In this document: positions 26,310 through 32,350 of the stretch, piece by piece
Numbering within the stretch: position 1 is the stretch's first letter
How the letters are laid out: every line of letters starts with the position of its first letter
Translations under genes and position numbers: made by a program
Notes under the pieces: generated by a model
What the model was told of the DNA's origin: nothing
Database searches by the model: none
The model's input: the letters and a program-made list of their open reading frames with translations, nothing else
Origin: a virus
Taxonomy: Duplodnaviria; Caudoviricetes
Strand: one strand, 5' to 3'
Length of the DNA: 32,350 nucleotides
Virus record (IMG/VR): IMGVR_UViG_3300030010_000011
Location: 1-32,350 of that record

Positions 26310-27194
26310 TCAGTAGGAGATCGGGGTCAGGAGGCGCCGCTTGCGCAGGGCACGAGCCTGAACGGCGGCGATCGCCACCTCCATGCCACTGGCGAGATCG
26401 ACCTTGTGAAAGGTGACCTCTCCCGTGGTGAACGGCAGGTGGATGATGACGCCCCACCTAGCCGAGACGGGGACCTCGGCCCCTGTCTGCGGGTTGCTGA
26501 TCAGCGGCGTCCGCTCCCCTGTGGCGGGGTTGTAGCGCTTGCCGATCGCGTAGAAGGCCAGCTGCGCGGCCATCTTCTCGTGGCCGAAGTCCATCGACTT
26601 GCCCGTCTTCAGGTCAAAAACGAGCCACTGCGGGTCGATCCCCATGGCCTCGCACAGGGCCGGCGCCCAGGTGACCCGGTCCGGCGTGCCGGCCACCACT
26701 GGGCCATCTGCGCCGTCGACGACGATGAGGCGTTCGATCAGTCCGTGATAGAACCCCTCGGTGCGCCGCGCGTACTCCATCAGGGGAATCCTGAGGATGT
26801 CGGGCAGATCTCGACGGATCACGCCCTCGGTGTCGTAGGTCGCAGTGGCTGCGTGCAGCGCGGTGCCCTTGCGGGCGGCCGCATCGGCACCTGCCGCGTT
26901 GGCCGCATCCTCCACCAGTGCCCTGAACTCGCCCTTGTCGACGTCCGGGTCGAGGGTTGCCGCAGCGGCGATGATATCCGGCCGCTGAGATGCCCCCTTG
27001 AGGGTAAATCTGGCCTTCCAGCCGATCAGGTTTTCCTTATCATCGATCCCCCCGGCCGCCGTGGTCACCCGGGTGGTTGGGACCAGCTTCGCCTTGAGGT
27101 CCGGCTTGCCGTCCGGCCCGAGCGGGATGATCAGGGGGCGGCCGTAGTGGTCGCGCTTCAGCTCGGTATCGGCGTCATGGATCGTCAGCGCCAT
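26310..27194 (-). CDS. PD-(D/E)XK exonuclease (RecB/Cas4-like phage recombination nuclease)
   Basis: RVTT....D.KENL..WK, A.KGTALH, IE..IV, VAGTPDRV, VFDLKTG, QLAFYA. Confidence 0.9.
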   Translation of the reverse strand: MALTIHDADTELKRDHYGRPLIIPLGPDGKPDLKAKLVPTTRVTTAAGGIDDKENLIGWKARFTLKGASQRPDIIAAAATLDPDVDKGEFRALVEDAANAAGADAAARKGTALHAATATYDTEGVIRRDLPDILRIPLMEYARRTEGFYHGLIERLIVVDGADGPVVAGTPDRVTWAPALCEAMGIDPQWLVFDLKTGKSMDFGHEKMAAQLAFYAIGKRYNPATGERTPLISNPQTGAEVPVSARWGVIIHLPFTTGEVTFHKVDLASGMEVAIAAVQARALRKRRLLTPISY

Positions 27195-27787
27195 CAGCCT
27201 TCATCCTTCGTATTGGTGAGGTTCGCGCGGTCCAGCGCGACCCTGTCGATGGCCCCCGCGGCAGAGTTGACCTCAACCAGGGCGGAGAACAGGGCGCGGA
27301 TCACAGCCCCGAGGGGGTCGACGGCGTCCGTGGCCTTCTGCGCCGGGGTCGCCTCGGGTGTCGCAGCATCGCGCTCCGCCCTGATCCTGCCCGCAAGCAC
27401 CGCGCTCGCCAGGGGGTCGGGGTCGACCGGGCCGGGGAGCGGGAGTAGCCAGCTCCGGGCGACCCACAACTTTCGGACCGTCTCTCCGTCTGAGTCGACC
27501 CACTCGACCCGGATGGGGAGTTCATCATCGCCTACCGACCTGTCGGCGCGGCCGACCCGACAGACGACCTCCAACCCGGGCCAGGGTCGGTCGACAAGCA
27601 CCCGCTGACCAACGCGCTCCCACTTGGCCGTGATGGCGGAGGCATTGACGAGGAGCGACTTCGGCGACTCGGGGTCAAGCCCACGAATCCACACCACTTG
27701 GCCCGCGTGGTAGATCCGATAGGTGTCTCCCATGTCGTCGCCCTTGATCCTGACGAGTGTGCCGATCTTTGCATTCTCGGCCTTCAC
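27194..27787 (-). CDS. Hypothetical protein with two SH3/KOW-like beta-barrel repeats
   Basis: AKIGTLVRI and ERVGQRVLV units; aligns by eye to the N-terminus of 27790-29316. Confidence 0.7.
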   Translation of the reverse strand: MKAENAKIGTLVRIKGDDMGDTYRIYHAGQVVWIRGLDPESPKSLLVNASAITAKWERVGQRVLVDRPWPGLEVVCRVGRADRSVGDDELPIRVEWVDSDGETVRKLWVARSWLLPLPGPVDPDPLASAVLAGRIRAERDAATPEATPAQKATDAVDPLGAVIRALFSALVEVNSAAGAIDRVALDRANLTNTKDEG

Positions 27788-27789
27788 TT

Positions 27790-29316
27790 CTAGTCCTCCC
27801 GGCTTGCGGCCTGGTCTGCGGTGGCGTGCGGATCGCCATCCTCGAGGATGGTCTCAAGCCAGTCGAGCGTTTCGAACCAGCGATACCGATGATTGCCATT
27901 GGCCCCGCTGGGCATGGTCTCGACGACCAGGCCAAGGAACTCCCCCAGGACGGCGGCGGCCAGCAAGAGCACGGGGTTGCCGCTCCCGTTCAGTGCCACA
28001 CGGTGCCCGTGAAGGATGGCCGCAATCGTGCGCATCTCAACGTCGAGGACGGCGTTCTTGACGGCCAGGTCATCGACGACCTCCACGGAGCCGTCAAGGG
28101 GGGAGATCTGAGTGACGGTGCTGCCGATGATGCCGGCCAGGTCATGCGCGACGGTCCAGCCGAAGGCGTCCTGCATGGTCTGGCCGAAAGGCGGACGCTC
28201 CTCGGTGCCGATGAGAGCGTTCCGATCAATCTTGAGGACCGGGACGGGCGCCACCTCGATGCGCAGCAAGCCGGCGACGACCTCCCCGCGATTCCACAAC
28301 TTGGGCTCGGGCTCCTCGCGATTCCACAGCTTGGGCTCCAGCTTGGGCTCCGGCTCGGGCTCCAGCTTGGGCTCCAGCTTGGGCTCCGGGGCGGGCTCGG
28401 GCTTGGGCTCCAGGGCGGGCTCCGGGGCGAGCTTGATCAGGCTGGCGGGGTGTGCCCAATGCCGGCGGTGGGCGGCTTCCGAGAAAATGAGGACCGGGAC
28501 CTGATCTACCGCTGGCCGATCGATCGAGCAGATGGTCCACACGACATCGGTTGGATCGACCTCCGGTTCGGTCAGCCTCACGAGATCCCCGACCTTGAAC
28601 TGCTCGGCCAGCCGATCGGCCTCGGCCATGGCTTGCTGCCGTTCGGATGACCCGGCCCGCCGAGGCTCGGGCTCCGGCTCGGGGAGGTTACGCTCCGCCC
28701 TCGCCTCGCGCCAGCCGATGATCTGAAGGGGGTGAACTCGCTCATGCCGCCCCTCGGCGTCGGCAATCAAGATCGGGTCGCCGCCCATCAGCCTGTCGCT
28801 GGAGATGTCCACGATGCGCCAGCCGGAGTGGGGGTCACCGGACATCAAGGCGCCCGCGTGGTCAACGCGCTTGACCCACTGCCCCACGCGAAACGCGCTC
28901 AGCAATGCGTCGTCGTTGGTCTGTGACATCGGGGCCGGAGCCAAGTTCTTGAACGAGGCCCAGTCCCCGAGGCCGAGTTCGTCGATCCGGCGCACCTGAA
29001 CCGGGAACCGGTCGAGGGGCGGATCGTCGATGCGCCCGACTCGAAGGGCTACGCCACGAAGTTGAAGAGGAAAGGCCATGTGCGCGTCGGACCGAATATT
29101 GACGAGATCGCCAACCTTGATCCACTTGCGAGTCAGGGAGGACGCGCGGATGTACAAGTAGTGGTGGTCCGTGTTCGCCGGCCGAATGCCGAGGATGCCG
29201 CTGGGGAATATGGCCTCGATGCAGTAGACCACGTCCGCATCGTTGCCCGGCTGACGCAGCCTGACGCACTCCCCAAGCTTAAGGGGCGCTTCTATCGCTT
29301 CTGTTTCTTCTGTCAC
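27790..29316 (-). CDS. Hypothetical multidomain protein with four SH3/KOW-like repeats, EPK linker and C-terminal domain
   Basis: LKLGECVRL, IKVGDLVNI, FRVGQWVKR, FKVGDLVRL units; RBS GGAGG. Confidence 0.75.
   Translation of the reverse strand: MTEETEAIEAPLKLGECVRLRQPGNDADVVYCIEAIFPSGILGIRPANTDHHYLYIRASSLTRKWIKVGDLVNIRSDAHMAFPLQLRGVALRVGRIDDPPLDRFPVQVRRIDELGLGDWASFKNLAPAPMSQTNDDALLSAFRVGQWVKRVDHAGALMSGDPHSGWRIVDISSDRLMGGDPILIADAEGRHERVHPLQIIGWREARAERNLPEPEPEPRRAGSSERQQAMAEADRLAEQFKVGDLVRLTEPEVDPTDVVWTICSIDRPAVDQVPVLIFSEAAHRRHWAHPASLIKLAPEPALEPKPEPAPEPKLEPKLEPEPEPKLEPKLWNREEPEPKLWNRGEVVAGLLRIEVAPVPVLKIDRNALIGTEERPPFGQTMQDAFGWTVAHDLAGIIGSTVTQISPLDGSVEVVDDLAVKNAVLDVEMRTIAAILHGHRVALNGSGNPVLLLAAAVLGEFLGLVVETMPSGANGNHRYRWFETLDWLETILEDGDPHATADQAASRED
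28287..28428 (-). repeat. Coding repeats encoding EPKL/EPEP and a doubled EPKLWNR
   Basis: Repeated GGCTCCAGCTTG-type 12-mers; CGCGATTCCACA(A/G)CTTGGGCTC twice. Confidence 0.85.
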
Positions 29317-29492
29317 TTCTGGCCCTCCATGGGCTCGTCTGTGTCGAATAGCATGGAATATAGCACATCGTCCATCTTGGCCACAAGTTCCCTAAGGCGG
29401 TCGATCGCCCCGGGCGCGAGGGTTCGCAACAGCACCCGGGTGCTCGGGTGCTTGCGACGGTAGTTCTCCACCTCGCCGGCCTCGATCCCCAC
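29313..29492 (-). CDS. 59-aa hypothetical protein, missed by the ORF track
   Basis: GTG 29492 overlaps the upstream TAG and its TGA overlaps the next GTG; MGIEAGEVENYRRKHPSTRVLLRTLAPGAIDRLRELVAKMDDVLYSMLFDTDEPMEGQK. Confidence 0.7.
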   Translation of the reverse strand: MGIEAGEVENYRRKHPSTRVLLRTLAPGAIDRLRELVAKMDDVLYSMLFDTDEPMEGQK

Positions 29493-29821
29493 TATCGCCC
29501 CCCCGCCTCGACGGTCACCCGTAGCGGCGTGCGGCCGAGGCGATGGGCGGCCAGGATGGAGAGCATCACATCGCTCATGATCTCCGGGCCGCCCGTGAAC
29601 TCGACCGACTCCCAGAAGTCCGGCAGTGCCGTGGCCGGATGGGCGAGGATCTTGATCGGACGGTCGGGATCAAGGCCGCCCTGGGGGTCCAGCTGGGTCA
29701 ATCCATCGTGCAGCCAGACGGTCAGCGGCTCGTGGGTGATCTGCGTGACCACGTAGGCCCGACCGCCAAGCTCGATCGAGGCGCCGGGCGGCACGTCCCG
29801 CAGGGCGAGGTATTGGCTCAC
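29492..29821 (-). CDS. Hypothetical protein
   Basis: GTGA coupling; N-terminal LRDVPPGASIELGGRAYVV resembles a small beta-barrel. Confidence 0.65.
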   Translation of the reverse strand: MSQYLALRDVPPGASIELGGRAYVVTQITHEPLTVWLHDGLTQLDPQGGLDPDRPIKILAHPATALPDFWESVEFTGGPEIMSDVMLSILAAHRLGRTPLRVTVEAGGR

Positions 29822-30225
29822 TCGGCCACCACGCCGAAGGCGTCAAGGACGTCCCGAACCGACGAATCGACGATCCTCAGCCAGTAGCCGGCGGGTGTGC
29901 GGACCTCGACCCAGCCGTCGTACTCCATGCCGAGCACGACCAGCACCTGCCCGTCCGTGCTCGTGGCGACGGTGACCTCCGCGACATCCCTGCCGATCAT
30001 GGAGTTCGTCGCATACTTGGGGCGGGCGCGGACCTTGAGCTGGCGCTCGTCGCCCGTGGCCGGCTTGACCCCGGGCTCGAACCGGGGGGCCTGGGCCCAG
30101 GCGTCGGGGGAGACGTTGAGCCGGATGTCGACGTCATCCCACGGGTCCTTGTGACCGATGAGCAGGTCACCAGTCGGCAGGACCTCCAGAAGGGTGAAGA
30201 CCCGCTGTTCTCCGATCTGTATCAC
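29818..30225 (-). CDS. Hypothetical beta-rich protein, first gene of the leftward operon
   Basis: RBS GGGAG before GTG; directly downstream of the promoter at 30277-30305. Confidence 0.7.
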   Translation of the reverse strand: MIQIGEQRVFTLLEVLPTGDLLIGHKDPWDDVDIRLNVSPDAWAQAPRFEPGVKPATGDERQLKVRARPKYATNSMIGRDVAEVTVATSTDGQVLVVLGMEYDGWVEVRTPAGYWLRIVDSSVRDVLDAFGVVAE

Positions 30226-30276
30226 TGCGCACTCCCGTGATGGTCTGGCCGGGCCGATCGCCCGACGAATGGCCAG

Positions 30277-30305
30277 ACCCTACACCGCAATGGGATCAGT
30301 GTCTA
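30277..30305 (-). promoter_or_regulatory. Leftward early promoter
   Basis: TAGACA (30305-30300), 17 nt, TAGGGT (30282-30277); fits the actinomycete principal-sigma consensus. Confidence 0.65.
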
Positions 30306-30330
30306 CTCTAGGCATCAAGGTGCGTTTCTA

Positions 30331-30360
30331 TCGCTAGGCGGGTCGCCCCGGGGATACGAT
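30331..30360 (+). promoter_or_regulatory. Possible rightward promoter for the primase gene
   Basis: TCGCTA (30331-30336), 18 nt, TACGAT (30355-30360), divergent from the leftward promoter. Confidence 0.4.
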
Positions 30361-30500
30361 ATGCCTCCGGCGCCGGGCAACTGGCGCCATTGACGACAAA
30401 CGCGCGGCGCCCCCGCGGTGCCAGTCGCGCAGGCCTTGTGGCCCTCGGCGCTGACGACGCGGGAGCGCCGGCTACCTTCCATCACGAAAGTGAGCCAAGC

Positions 30501-32350
30501 ATGACACGAGGAGACTTGGTTCTGCCAGGCGTAGATCAGCTGGGGCTGGCCACGCACCTTGCGAGCATCGGCTACTGGGTCTTCCCCGTCGAGGTCAGGG
30601 AGGCCGACAGGCCGGGAATGACCGAAAAAACCCCGAAGGTCAAGTGGAGAGACGCCTCGACCATGGACACTGCGCGGATCGCGCAGTGGTGGGCCCCGGG
30701 GGCCTGGGCCGCGCACTGCCACGTCGGGATCGACACGGGCAAGTCCGGGGTCATCCTGGTGGATCTCGATGTTCACCCGGGCAAGGATGGGACCCTGCAG
30801 GACGGCCCGGGGGAGTGGGCCCGCCTCATGGCCGCCCCCGGGGGGGAGCAATATCCACACCCCCAGGCGGCCGTCGCTACCCACTCTGGGGGGTGGCACC
30901 TCTACTACCGGGCCGCACCGGGCGACCCCGTGTCGAACTCGGCCAGTGCGATAGCCGGCGGGGTCGACACCCGGGGGGTCGGGGGATTTGCCATGGCCTG
31001 GGCCGGGAACCACCTGCCCGTAGACCAGCTCCCCGAACTGCCGGCCATCGCGCGGGTGCTGCTGCGCAGCACCTCGGCCAAGACCGAGGCGCCGGGGCGC
31101 TCCACCCACCCGCCCGCCCCGGATGCGAGCCGGACCGGGCGGGCGGGTGCCGTCGAGACCGGGCGTTTCTCCAGCGCCTCGCTCGTGGCCCCTAGGGACT
31201 TCACCGAAGCCGAGGCGCTGGCCTTCTGCTCCCCAAGCATGGATGGACTGGAGAGCGCCCCCGGCGGGTCGATCAACCAGCGCCTATTCCTGGCCGCGAC
31301 CACGATCTGGCACTTCTGCGACGTCTTCTGGCCCCGGGAGCAGGTACGTGACTGGCTGATCGGGGCGCAGCGCAAGGCTTGGCTCGCCTCCGGGGGCTCC
31401 GATGATGGCGACTACGCCTCGGCCGAGCAGACGATCGACTCAGCCTGGTCCGGGCTCGATTCCGGCGGGCGCTCGCCCGGCGACGCATGGCGGGCCGCAG
31501 TGCGAGCGGAGACCCCCTCGGCGCCGCCCCCTTTCCCCGGGGCCGCCGGGACGGCGGCGCTGCCTGCAGGAGATGACGCCGAGGCCTGGGCCCCGAGCGA
31601 CCTGACCGACATTCTCAACGGGACCTACATCCCGGCGGTACCCGAGGTCGGCCACAGATCGGACGGGAAGTACCTCCTCTACCCGGGCAAAGAGCACTAC
31701 GTCGCCGCCGAGCCGGAATCCGGCAAGACGTGGCTCATCGTGCTGCTCTGCGTCCAGACCCTGGCCAGGGTTGACGGCAGGGTGCTCTACGTCGACTTCG
31801 AGGACGAGGCCGGGGCCATCATCCCCCGGATGCTCCAGCTGGGCGCAGAGCCGGGCGTGCTGGGCGATCGGAGCCGGTTCGCGTACGTGCGTCCCAACGG
31901 CCCGGCCGGGCCTGCCTACGCCGCCCTGGTGGCCGCCATGAAGCCGACGCTGACCGTCTTCGACGGTGTGACCGAGGGCTACGCGATCAACGGGCTCGAC
32001 CCAGAGAAAAACGCCGATGTGCCCAAGTGGCGCCACCGGATGGTGATCCCCGCGCTGAACGCCGGGTCGGCCACCCTGGCGAGCGATCACGTGATCAAGT
32101 CCCGGGATGGGCGCGGCGGCTTCGCCATCGGGGCCGGGCACAAGAAGGCTGGCCTGACCGGGGCGGCGCTCGAACTGCGCAATATCCACCCCTTCGGCCG
32201 AGGGCTCAAGGGATCGTCGGAATTGATCGTCACCAAGGACCGCCCGGGGATGCTGCGCCAGATCGGGGTCAAGGGCGAGGGGAGGGAGTCGATTATCGGA
32301 GATCTCGTGCTTAACGACACGGGGGATCAATTGATATGCGAGATATATCG
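30501..32350 (+). CDS. Bifunctional DNA primase/polymerase fused to a RecA-like (AAA_25/SF4-type) helicase; 3'-truncated by the window
   Basis: Own translation from ATG 30501: GYWVFPV, ILVDLDVH, THSGGWHLYY, GVDTRGVGG; same frame gives Walker A AEPESGKT, VLYVDFED, Walker B LTVFDG; absent from the track because no stop is reached. Confidence 0.92.
   Translation, partial: MTRGDLVLPGVDQLGLATHLASIGYWVFPVEVREADRPGMTEKTPKVKWRDASTMDTARIAQWWAPGAWAAHCHVGIDTGKSGVILVDLDVHPGKDGTLQDGPGEWARLMAAPGGEQYPHPQAAVATHSGGWHLYYRAAPGDPVSNSASAIAGGVDTRGVGGFAMAWAGNHLPVDQLPELPAIARVLLRSTSAKTEAPGRSTHPPAPDASRTGRAGAVETGRFSSASLVAPRDFTEAEALAFCSPSMDGLESAPGGSINQRLFLAATTIWHFCDVFWPREQVRDWLIGAQRKAWLASGGSDDGDYASAEQTIDSAWSGLDSGGRSPGDAWRAAVRAETPSAPPPFPGAAGTAALPAGDDAEAWAPSDLTDILNGTYIPAVPEVGHRSDGKYLLYPGKEHYVAAEPESGKTWLIVLLCVQTLARVDGRVLYVDFEDEAGAIIPRMLQLGAEPGVLGDRSRFAYVRPNGPAGPAYAALVAAMKPTLTVFDGVTEGYAINGLDPEKNADVPKWRHRMVIPALNAGSATLASDHVIKSRDGRGGFAIGAGHKKAGLTGAALELRNIHPFGRGLKGSSELIVTKDRPGMLRQIGVKGEGRESIIGDLVLNDTGDQLICEIY

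Larger units (their letters stand above)
1..32350. mobile_element. Tailed actinobacteriophage (siphovirus) genome segment; phage or prophage, incomplete on the right
   Basis: Canonical terS-terL-portal-scaffold-capsid-connector-tail-lysis order, then oppositely oriented recombination genes and a primase-helicase; high GC; no host genes seen. Confidence 0.97.

Noticed and set aside
26310-27194. Cas4-like nuclease as part of a CRISPR-Cas system
   Set aside because: No array or other cas genes and no Fe-S cysteine cluster; context is a phage recombination module
30361-30393. 10-codon uORF MPPAPGNWRH in the primase leader
   Set aside because: No RBS, and the ATG lies immediately after the putative -10, upstream of the expected transcription start
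30315-32330. Minus-strand ORFs 30315-31109, 30905-31375 and 31440-32330
   Set aside because: Antisense to the motif-supported primase-helicase gene

Overview
The whole window is a high-GC actinobacteriophage (siphovirus-type) genome segment. Positions 90-22137 on the + strand carry the late operon: terS, terL, portal, MuF-like/maturation protein, scaffold, major capsid, a GT4-type glycosyltransferase, head-tail connectors, tail tube, a -1 frameshifting tail assembly chaperone, tape measure, minor tail proteins (one with a GDPD domain), holin and CHAP endolysin. The operon ends at a 14-bp hairpin. Positions 22228-30225 on the - strand carry early/accessory genes: a lipoprotein, an excisionase-like HTH protein, endonuclease VII, an SSB-like protein with a PQY-repeat tail, a PD-(D/E)XK exonuclease and a cluster of tandem SH3/KOW-like barrel proteins. 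A divergent Prim-Pol/helicase gene runs off the right edge. No integrase, repressor, tRNA, CRISPR or lysin B is visible. The best leads are (i) a probable virion-glycosylation system, with the glycosyltransferase next to the capsid gene and both capsid and tail tube ending in -GS; (ii) a hairpin whose loop is the exact complement of the tail-chaperone (and holin) RBS; (iii) an early array of paralogous beta-barrel proteins; (iv) two unannotated micropeptides of opposite charge with near-perfect RBSs flanking the lysis genes; and (v) an endolysin with an internal signal-peptide-like helix. All product calls come from motif recognition and synteny by eye; no database searches were run.
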